DNA from: Tubiluchus corallicola
Lineage: Eukaryota; Animalia; Priapulida
DNA length: 64,000 nt
NCBI GenBank assembly: GCA_030141605.1
Contig: JAQGDQ010002403.1
Span: forward strand, 18,258-82,257
Reading direction: 5' to 3'
The notes beneath the pieces were generated by a model, which was not told the DNA's origin, made no database searches, and was given only the letters and a program-made list of their open reading frames with translations. The position numbers and the translations under genes are program-made. How positions within the stretch are numbered: position 1 is the stretch's first letter; each line of letters starts with the position of its first letter. This document shows positions 56,282-64,000 of this stretch, piece by piece.

Positions 56282-57709
56282 TTATGGAGTTACTGGCACT
56301 ATTTTGAAACGTTTTAAATAAGTGTCAAACGTAACTGTAAAATTGCCTGTAATGGGCTTAAAGCCCCACAAATCATCTGCCCCTGTTTTTCCTGCCCTTC
56401 CTATCATATCTTTTCCTTCTTCTGCATCAATAATTCCATCTCTATGATTTTGAACTTTCCATTCTGGACTCCAATTATGATTTTCTGGATGACCATCAGT
56501 TCCAAAAAATTTTCCTTCTGAAAATTCATTATTATCTGCTAATATTCCTGTATATGTCCATATATATCCATTATCCAAATCTTTGTCCATTTTAACATAG
56601 GTGTCCCAGCCACTATGTTGTACTCTTCCAAATATTACCATATAGTCTTCCTGTGGTTCAGTAGGAAACATAAGTGGTTCTACCGCATAAGTCATCTGTT
56701 CAATATCTATGGCAATTGTATAGTAGCCTACATTTGCAAGTGTTATGGGAGTAACAATAGTATTGTCCGCTCCCTTTATCAAAGTCCCCTCACTGCCTTT
56801 CCCAAAACATACAGGAGAGAAGCTCCTAAACTGCGGAATGAACCAGATATCTGTATTTGCTTGTGCATTGTAATACTCAACTTTGTAATTGAAATTAGTC
56901 GTCTTATCCATCATCATAGGCACGCCAGCTAGTGCTGCTTCCAATTCTTCATCCGAATCTACATCTGCTAAGAACATATAAGTATAGTCGGGATTGTGTG
57001 TAACACTAAACTCTATATGCTGTTCATCTTTAAGGCTATAAAAATCTTCTGCTACAATATTCATAGTGTAACTACCAATTGAGCAATTTTCTATTGTATC
57101 TGTATAAGTGTAAGAATACTTATTAGAAAAGTCTTCTATCGTATCAGAAATATTTAAATCAGGTATATCCAAAATAACAGACTTCAAGCCTTTATTATCT
57201 GTAGCAGTAAATTCAATTAAAAAATTTTCTGGTGTATACATCGAATTATGCAAAGGAGAAACTATTGTTAATATAGGAGCCTCGTAGTCTCCATCCAATG
57301 TTACCTTTACATCGTATTCCTTAGACAATCCAGCCAAATTAGTAGCTGTGAGCTTTATTATATGTTCTTTGTTTTTCGCAGAATCTGGAATAGTAAAATT
57401 ATATGCAAAATGATAATCTGTAATTGTTGAGTCAGGGTAAAAATACGTCAAATCTATAGTGTTGTTCAAAGACCACTCTTTATACAACAAAGATACAGAC
57501 TTAACGCCTACTTTATCTACCACTCTTGCATCAAGAGTAAATTGCTTTCCTCTTTCTCCATTAATGGTATTGTCTATTTGATAATAGCCATCAGAAATAA
57601 ATGTTACTTCAGGAGGAGTGTCAGCAGTAATACTATCATCTTTAATACAATGATTAAGCAGAGAAACGTTGAGCAATAGCACGCCCATTAAAAGTAAAGG
57701 TTTTCTCAT
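56282..57709 (-). CDS. Surface lipoprotein with Ig-like domains (SusE/F-like candidate glycan-binding protein)
   Basis: Probable lipobox LNHC; two DxxPP/AP-initiated Ig-like modules (ATDNKGLKSV); C-terminal GNFTVTFDTY; first gene of the PUL. Confidence 0.7.
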   Translation of the reverse strand: MRKPLLLMGVLLLNVSLLNHCIKDDSITADTPPEVTFISDGYYQIDNTINGERGKQFTLDARVVDKVGVKSVSLLYKEWSLNNTIDLTYFYPDSTITDYHFAYNFTIPDSAKNKEHIIKLTATNLAGLSKEYDVKVTLDGDYEAPILTIVSPLHNSMYTPENFLIEFTATDNKGLKSVILDIPDLNISDTIEDFSNKYSYTYTDTIENCSIGSYTMNIVAEDFYSLKDEQHIEFSVTHNPDYTYMFLADVDSDEELEAALAGVPMMMDKTTNFNYKVEYYNAQANTDIWFIPQFRSFSPVCFGKGSEGTLIKGADNTIVTPITLANVGYYTIAIDIEQMTYAVEPLMFPTEPQEDYMVIFGRVQHSGWDTYVKMDKDLDNGYIWTYTGILADNNEFSEGKFFGTDGHPENHNWSPEWKVQNHRDGIIDAEEGKDMIGRAGKTGADDLWGFKPITGNFTVTFDTYLKRFKIVPVTP

Positions 57710-57919
57710 TATGTAACAGCACTATTGAGAATTGAAATGACAATTCAAGTATAGCAACAAACTTTAAAGCTTAAATCTCATAAAAAACGTTAAAGTAAAA
57801 CTTTTATATTAAAAATCCAAATTATATAATTAGAATATTTTGCTACATATTAGATATAATTAATATTTTCAGCTATTGCTTGTTTTATGTGAAACTGCAA
57901 CTTGTTACTACAAACCTTT

Positions 57920-58423
57920 TTAATCTATTATTACAAAACTCAACAGCTCTTTCTCCAACTCTTCATAGTTGGCAAAACTGCCCAAATATGTTTTCCTTTT
58001 TTCAGCCTTATATATGATAGTAAAAGGTATTGCCCCATCCCATTGATTATCTACACGGCTACCCCATCGGTTAATGTCTATGTCTTCTAACAATGCTACT
58101 TCACTCTGTATGTTCTGCTTTTTAATAAAAGGTACAAGCTGACTTTCTTTATGCTCGGGGGCATCAAGAGAAACGAGTATTACTCTTATCTTTTCATTGC
58201 TATATTTAGTGTTAATTTTCTCAAAATAGGGCAATTCTTTCACGCAAGGTGTACACCAAGTAGCCCAAAAATTAATGATATAAATAGTATCATTTTTCTG
58301 ATTCAACTGAGGCTCAAACTCTTCAAAAACTTTATAAGAAGGTATTGTTTTTTGTTGCAAACCATTGCACTGCCATAGAAACACCACTATAATACAGATT
58401 ATTACTACATATGGTATTTTCAT
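57920..58423 (-). CDS. TlpA-family thiol-disulfide oxidoreductase
   Basis: INFWATWCTPCVKELP, WDGAIPFT. Confidence 0.9.
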   Translation of the reverse strand: MKIPYVVIICIIVVFLWQCNGLQQKTIPSYKVFEEFEPQLNQKNDTIYIINFWATWCTPCVKELPYFEKINTKYSNEKIRVILVSLDAPEHKESQLVPFIKKQNIQSEVALLEDIDINRWGSRVDNQWDGAIPFTIIYKAEKRKTYLGSFANYEELEKELLSFVIID

Positions 58424-58490
58424 AATATTTAAAATCTATAAAAAAGAAAAATAGAGTAGTTGCATAGTAAAGAATAACAATTCTCAACTT

Positions 58491-59375
58491 TTATGAAACA
58501 TTTTGTTTTTCCAACACTTTTAACATCGTATCGCCCAGCTCAGCTAAAGATTCTACTACTGTTATTCCACATTTTTTCATCATCTTCATTTTAGCAATAG
58601 CGGTATCATCAGCCCCTCCTATTATGGCACCTGCATGTCCCATACGCTTTCCTTTGGGAGCAGTTTGTCCCGCAATGAAACCTACCACGGGTTTTGTACC
58701 GTGTTTTTTTATCCATTGGGCTGCCTCATTCTCCATACTTCCCCCTATTTCACCTATCACTACTATTCCTTCTGTTTCAGGATCAGCTTCAAATAATTTT
58801 ACAATATCTTTGGTGGATGAACCTATAATGGGGTCTCCTCCAATACCTACTGCAGTTGTTTGTCCTAAACCTGCCTTAGTTATTTGGTCTACCGCTTCAT
58901 AGGTAAGTGTTCCCGATTTAGATACTATTCCAATACTTCCCTTTTTGAAAATGAAACCCGGCATTATTCCTATCTTAGTTTCTTCGGCAGTAATAATTCC
59001 CGGACAGTTGGGACCTATCAATACACTACTCTTATCTCGTAAATATTCTTGCACATTCACCATATCATCAGTAGGAATACCTTCTGTAATAGCTACTATT
59101 ACCTTAATTTCTGCATCAGCTGCCTCCATAATAGAATCGGCAGCAGCAAAAGGTGGAACAAATATCACACTGGTATCAGCCTCTGCTTTTTCAACAGCTT
59201 CTTTTACAGTATTAAATACAGGCAAGTGTAGGTGCATTTGCCCCCCCTTGCCGGGAGTAACTCCCCCTACTACATTAGTGCCATATGCTATCATTTGCTC
59301 GGCATGAAAGGTTCCTTCTTTTCCTGTAAAGCCTTGTACTATGACCTTAGAACGCTTATTAACTAGTATACTCAT
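58491..59375 (-). CDS. sucD: Succinate--CoA ligase subunit alpha
   Basis: [34 protein letters not shown] (phospho-His). Confidence 0.97.
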   Translation of the reverse strand: MSILVNKRSKVIVQGFTGKEGTFHAEQMIAYGTNVVGGVTPGKGGQMHLHLPVFNTVKEAVEKAEADTSVIFVPPFAAADSIMEAADAEIKVIVAITEGIPTDDMVNVQEYLRDKSSVLIGPNCPGIITAEETKIGIMPGFIFKKGSIGIVSKSGTLTYEAVDQITKAGLGQTTAVGIGGDPIIGSSTKDIVKLFEADPETEGIVVIGEIGGSMENEAAQWIKKHGTKPVVGFIAGQTAPKGKRMGHAGAIIGGADDTAIAKMKMMKKCGITVVESLAELGDTMLKVLEKQNVS

Positions 59376-59600
59376 TATTTTAAAAATTTGTTTTTTTTAT
59401 GTGTTTCTTAAATTTGTTTCAAAAATAATATTTTCTATCTATTTTCTCAAAAAAACTTGTATCTGTGTTTTTAGATTAGCTAATGTACTACTATAATTAG
59501 CAGAAAATATCATACAAGTGTTTATATAGTATATCAATTCTAAAAAAATATTTTTCTATTTTCACATTCATTATTCATAAAATTGTTTTATTTTTGCATT

Positions 59601-59697
59601 GGGTAAGTGCTACACGACCAGCTCCTACTGAATCCCCCAGGTCTGGAAAGAAGCAAGGGTAAAGTGGTTGTAGCGGTGCGATGTAGTTTGCTTACCC
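59601..59697 (+). ncRNA. ffs: Signal recognition particle RNA (small bacterial type)
   Basis: Long hairpin with complementary ends (gggtaag...cttaccc), helix-8 core ccaggtctggaaagaagcaagg, T-tract after the 3' end, TATTTTTG promoter 4 nt upstream. Confidence 0.9.
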
Positions 59698-59737
59698 TTT
59701 TTTAATATAATCAGTTTCTAATATTATTTACATACAG

Positions 59738-60388
59738 ATGAAATTTTTTATTGATACCGCAAATCTTGAACAAATAAAGGAAGCAAACGACTTAGGCGTA
59801 TTGGATGGTGTAACTACCAACCCTTCGCTAATGGCAAAAGAAGGCATTACTGATGATAAAGGAGTAAAGCAACACTACTTGGATATATGCAATACAGTAG
59901 AAGGAGATATAAGTGCAGAGGTAATAGCATTGGACTATGAAGGGATGATAAAAGAAGGCGAAGAGCTAGCAAAACTACACGAACAAATAGTAGTAAAAAT
60001 ACCTGTAACCAAAGAAGGTATTAAAGCAACAAAATACCTTACAAGCAAAGGAATAAGAGTAAATGTAACACTTGTGTTTTCTGTGGGACAAGCCCTACTG
60101 GCTGCCAAAGCAGGAGCTACTTATGTGTCTCCCTTTATTGGGAGATTAGACGATATATCAGAAGACGGTATAAACCTCATTGCTAAGATAGTGGAGGCAT
60201 ATAGTCTTTACGATTTTTCTACTGAAGTATTAGCTGCCTCTGTACGACATACCAACCATATTATACGCTGTCTTGAAGTTGGAGCTGACGTAGTTACCTG
60301 CCCACTTCCCGCTATTATGGGACTACTGAAACACCCTCTTACAGACATTGGATTACAACAATTTATGGACGATTTTAAAGGAAAATAA
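59738..60388 (+). CDS. fsa: Fructose-6-phosphate aldolase / transaldolase (short type)
   Basis: FFIDTAN, GVTTNPSL, VVKIP (Schiff-base Lys), YVSPFIGRLDD, AASVR, HPLTD. Confidence 0.92.
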   Translation: MKFFIDTANLEQIKEANDLGVLDGVTTNPSLMAKEGITDDKGVKQHYLDICNTVEGDISAEVIALDYEGMIKEGEELAKLHEQIVVKIPVTKEGIKATKYLTSKGIRVNVTLVFSVGQALLAAKAGATYVSPFIGRLDDISEDGINLIAKIVEAYSLYDFSTEVLAASVRHTNHIIRCLEVGADVVTCPLPAIMGLLKHPLTDIGLQQFMDDFKGK

Positions 60389-60461
60389 ATAATCATAAAT
60401 ATTTATTTGCAGGGATTATAACCTTTGGCATCCTCTACAAATAATACCTTGAAAATTTACG

Positions 60462-61073
60462 ATGTTTATAAAACTTTACGAGAAAAACCCTAACGAAAAA
60501 GAAATACAAAAAATAGTAGAAATACTACGCGATGGGGGAATTGTTATCTACCCTACTGACACAGTGTACGGCATAGGCTGTGATATTATGAATGTCAAAG
60601 CAATAGCACGTGTAGCTCAACTAAAAGGCATCAATGTAAAAAAATCTCAGTTCTCTTTCATTTGTTACGACCTTAGCCATATATCAGAATATGCAAGAGT
60701 AGATAACAGCATCTTCAAACTAATGAAAAGAAACTTACCCGGTGCTTTTACCTTTGTTCTCAATGCCTCTGGGAAAGTACCCAAAATACTTCAACAAAAG
60801 AAAAAAACAGTTGGTATACGTGTGCCAGATAGCAACATTATTCGTAGCATTGTAAAAGGATTAGGCAATCCTATTTTAACAACATCAGTAAAAGATGATG
60901 ACAATGTTATAGAATATTCTACTAACCCTGAAACCATTTACGAACAATATAAAAAATTGGTAGACCTAGTAATAGATGGCGGAGCAGGAAACAATGTTGC
61001 TTCCACTGTAGTAGATTGTACTACTGGGGAAGTAGAAATTATAAGACAAGGTAAAGGGGAGCTAATACTATAA
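60462..61073 (+). CDS. Sua5/YciO/YrdC-family protein
   Basis: IYPTDTVYGIGC, PGAFTF, TVGIRVP, STVVD. Confidence 0.9.
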   Translation: MFIKLYEKNPNEKEIQKIVEILRDGGIVIYPTDTVYGIGCDIMNVKAIARVAQLKGINVKKSQFSFICYDLSHISEYARVDNSIFKLMKRNLPGAFTFVLNASGKVPKILQQKKKTVGIRVPDSNIIRSIVKGLGNPILTTSVKDDDNVIEYSTNPETIYEQYKKLVDLVIDGGAGNNVASTVVDCTTGEVEIIRQGKGELIL

Positions 61074-61091
61074 TTTAAATCAACTATAAAT

Positions 61092-61763
61092 ATGAAATAC
61101 TTTGACAATAATTTCATAGAATTCTTTAAAAACTTAGCCAAGAATAACAACAAAGAATGGTTCAACGAGAATAGAAAAAAATACGAAAACAGTGTAAAAA
61201 AACCTTTCCACCAGCTGATAAAAGATGTAATAGTCGAAGTGAAAAAATATGAACCTAAGCTAGAGCTGGAAGTAAAAAATACCGTCTTCCGTATCAATAG
61301 AGACATCCGCTTTTCCAAAGACAAAACTCCCTATAAAATGCATGTAGCAGCAGTAGTATCAAAAGGTGGAAGAAAAAACCTACAAGTAGCAGGCATATAC
61401 TTACACTTTGGGGCAGGAGAGATAATGATAGGTGGAGGATGCCACGCACCTGATAAAGAAAACTTGTACAAAATAAGAGAAGCTATTGTCAATAACCCAA
61501 AAAAAGTAGAAAAAATACTTAAAAACCCCGAATTTGTAAAAATCTTTGGAGAATTGAAAGGAGAAAAAAATAAGATAATACCCAAAGAATTTAAAGCAGC
61601 TGCAGAGCAATATCCTATCCTGTTTAACAAACAGTTTTATTTTATGGCAAAATATAACGACAACAATTTACTGCTGAAAGACAACTTAGTAGAGTTTATT
61701 ATGCAGCATTACAAAGCTAGCAAGGAATGGAATGATTTTATGAATAAAACAATAGAGTTGTAA
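61092..61763 (+). CDS. DUF2461-family protein
   Basis: LAKNNNKEWFNENRKKYE, FRINRDIRFSKDKTPYK. Confidence 0.88.
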   Translation: MKYFDNNFIEFFKNLAKNNNKEWFNENRKKYENSVKKPFHQLIKDVIVEVKKYEPKLELEVKNTVFRINRDIRFSKDKTPYKMHVAAVVSKGGRKNLQVAGIYLHFGAGEIMIGGGCHAPDKENLYKIREAIVNNPKKVEKILKNPEFVKIFGELKGEKNKIIPKEFKAAAEQYPILFNKQFYFMAKYNDNNLLLKDNLVEFIMQHYKASKEWNDFMNKTIEL

Positions 61764-61986
61764 TTTTAACTTTAAACAGTTATTGTTGAAGTTGTATCTT
61801 ATTACTTATTAAATTTAAATATTCCTCATATCTACTAATTAAACTCTTATCTTCTCTATTTAACAGAGGTCAGCCAAATCGCAAAACAACATTTGTTTTT
61901 AGCATAAAAAAATATTTACTTTGCAAAAAAATAACTCCCTAAGAACCAAACAGTAACACAACAACGAACACTTTATACAAAAGATA

Positions 61987-64000
61987 ATGAGCAAGAGCAT
62001 TGCACAAAAATGTGCTGACAACATCCGACAACTAATACTATCAATGGTAGAGAAAGCCAAATCAGGGCATCCAGGAGGTGCTATGGGTGGAGCAGATTTT
62101 ATCCATATTTTATACTCCGAATTTCTCAATTACGACCCTGAAAATCCTAATTGGATAAACAGAGATAGGTTTTTCTTGGACCCAGGACATATGTCACCTA
62201 TGCTTTATTCAATACTTACACTTACAGGACACTACACTTTAAGCGAACTGGAAAATTTTAGACAATGGGGTTCTACTACACCCGGACACCCAGAACTTGA
62301 CGTACAAAAAGGTATAGAAAATACTTCTGGACCATTAGGGCAAGGACACACAATGGCTGTAGGTGCTGCCATTGCAGAGAGGTTTTTCGCTACACGTTTT
62401 GGTGAGTGGATGGCACACAAAATATATACTTTCATATCGGATGGAGGCATACAAGAAGAAATAGCACAAGGTGCAGGAAGAGTAGCAGGGCATTTGGGAC
62501 TTAATAACCTAATAATGTTTTATGATGCCAACAACATACAACTCTCTACCAAAGTAACAGATGTAACTACTGAGAATATAGGTAAAAAATACCAAGCGTG
62601 GGGTTGGAGAGTAATTACTATAAATGGAAACAACCCTCAACAGATAAGAAAGGCTCTTAAAAAAGCCTCCCAAGAAAAGAAAAAGCCTACACTCATTGTA
62701 GGAAAAACTATAATGGGAAAGGGACTTTTAAAAGAAGATGGAACATCTTTTGAAGACCAAATATCAACACACGGACAACCTGCTAGCAATGCTGGTGCAG
62801 ATATAGAAAAAACAATACAAAACCTTGGCGGAAATCCTAAAAACCCATTTACAATACATCCAGAAGTAGCTGAATACTACGAAAAGATAAAAAAACATAA
62901 ATCCAAAATAGCACAAGAAAAACAACAACAGCAAGCACTATGGGAAAAAGAAAACCCTCAACTTGCTGAAAAATTACACAACTTTTTCAATGCTAAAATA
63001 CCCAAGATAAACTACGCCAAAATAAAACAGCAGAACGATGTTTCTACTCGAGTGGCTTCCGCCAAAATACTATCAGTCTTTGCTGAAAAGATAGAAAATA
63101 TGATAGTAACTTCGGCTGATTTGTCGAATAGCGACAAGACTGATGGTTTCCTTAAAAAAACAACTATTCTGAAGAAAGGAGATTTTTCGGGAGCGTTTTT
63201 GCAAGCTGGGGTATCAGAACTTACAATGGCAGCTATTTGTAACGGACTGGCACTGCACGGAGGCATCATACCTGTATGCGGAACGTTTTTTGTATTTTCT
63301 GATTATATGAAACCTGCTATCAGGATGTCGGCATTAATGCAGTTGCCTGTAAAATACCTGTGGACACACGACTCTTTTAGAGTGGGTGAAGATGGTCCTA
63401 CACATCAGCCCATCGAACAGGAAGCACAAATACGATTGTTAGAGAAATTGAAAAATCATTCTAATAAGATGAGCCTACTTGCTCTACGACCTGCGGACGC
63501 TGATGAAACCACCGTATCGTGGAAAATGGCAATAGAGAACACCGAAGCTCCTACGGCTCTTATATTATCACGACAGAATATAAAAAGTCTTCCTCCTATT
63601 AAAACTGACAGATTTGAAGAGGCTCAACTGGCAGAAAAAGGAGCATATATTGTTTATAAAAGTAAGGAAAAGCCAGATGTAATTCTTATTGCAAATGGTT
63701 CAGAAGCATCTACGCTCTACGAGACAGCGAAAAAAATAGAAGTAGAAGATGGAATAAACACGCAAGTTGTATCTATTGTATCAGAAGGTTTGTTTTTACA
63801 ACAAACTAAACTATACACCAACGAGGTAATACCTACAGATATTCCAAAGTTAGCCCTCACCGCAGGGTTACCTGATAATTTTAAAAATATTGTAGGAAGC
63901 AATGGAGAAGTAATAGGTTTAGAACATTTCGGATATTCAGCTCCAGCAAGTGTGTTGGATGAAAAATTTGGATACAATCCCAAAAGTGTAGCAAAAAAGA
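61987..64000 (+). CDS. tkt: Transketolase (runs off window end)
   Basis: Manual translation from ATG 61987: MSKSIAQKCADNIRQLILSMVEKAKSGHPGGAMGGAD...RDRFFLDPGH...TSGPLGQG...SDGGIQEE...THDSFRVGEDGPTHQPIEQ. Confidence 0.97.
   Translation, partial: MSKSIAQKCADNIRQLILSMVEKAKSGHPGGAMGGADFIHILYSEFLNYDPENPNWINRDRFFLDPGHMSPMLYSILTLTGHYTLSELENFRQWGSTTPGHPELDVQKGIENTSGPLGQGHTMAVGAAIAERFFATRFGEWMAHKIYTFISDGGIQEEIAQGAGRVAGHLGLNNLIMFYDANNIQLSTKVTDVTTENIGKKYQAWGWRVITINGNNPQQIRKALKKASQEKKKPTLIVGKTIMGKGLLKEDGTSFEDQISTHGQPASNAGADIEKTIQNLGGNPKNPFTIHPEVAEYYEKIKKHKSKIAQEKQQQQALWEKENPQLAEKLHNFFNAKIPKINYAKIKQQNDVSTRVASAKILSVFAEKIENMIVTSADLSNSDKTDGFLKKTTILKKGDFSGAFLQAGVSELTMAAICNGLALHGGIIPVCGTFFVFSDYMKPAIRMSALMQLPVKYLWTHDSFRVGEDGPTHQPIEQEAQIRLLEKLKNHSNKMSLLALRPADADETTVSWKMAIENTEAPTALILSRQNIKSLPPIKTDRFEEAQLAEKGAYIVYKSKEKPDVILIANGSEASTLYETAKKIEVEDGINTQVVSIVSEGLFLQQTKLYTNEVIPTDIPKLALTAGLPDNFKNIVGSNGEVIGLEHFGYSAPASVLDEKFGYNPKSVAKK

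Noticed and set aside
58491-59375. sucD without an adjacent sucC
   Set aside because: Separated sucC and sucD genes are, as I recall, common in Bacteroidota, so this is not evidence of novelty.

Overview
This is an AT-rich chromosomal window from a Bacteroidota member, most like Bacteroidales. The assignment rests on TAnnTTTG -7 promoter elements, signal peptides followed by Gln, a porP-K-L-M-N type IX secretion operon and a SusC/SusD locus. Most of the window is housekeeping: pyrG (partial), a DEAD-box helicase, miaB, argS, two FKBPs, mannose-1-P guanylyltransferase, panC/panD, radA, tadA, mutL, purM, bioA, groES/EL, secG, lptE, uvrA, sucD, SRP RNA, fsa/tal and tkt (partial). It also carries two ECF sigma loci, a GH30-GH30-GH2 polysaccharide utilisation locus and two decayed genes. 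I saw no CRISPR array, tRNA, rRNA, transposase or integrase. The best leads for undescribed biology are: (1) a sigma-54 -24/-12 element plus 8-bp-periodic TGnCA repeats in front of groESL, next to a sensor-less, apparently leaderless sigma-54 activator; (2) an intact JAB/RadC protein lacking its metal ligands, with an Rpn-like C-terminal tail, directly behind purM; (3) a leaderless Tyr/Tyr/Trp uORF overlapping the miaB start, and a 40-codon uORF coupled to pyrG; (4) a short secreted S74 autochaperone fibre protein; (5) block-wise switches in strand composition that suggest inversions. All family calls come from motifs read by eye; no database searches were run.
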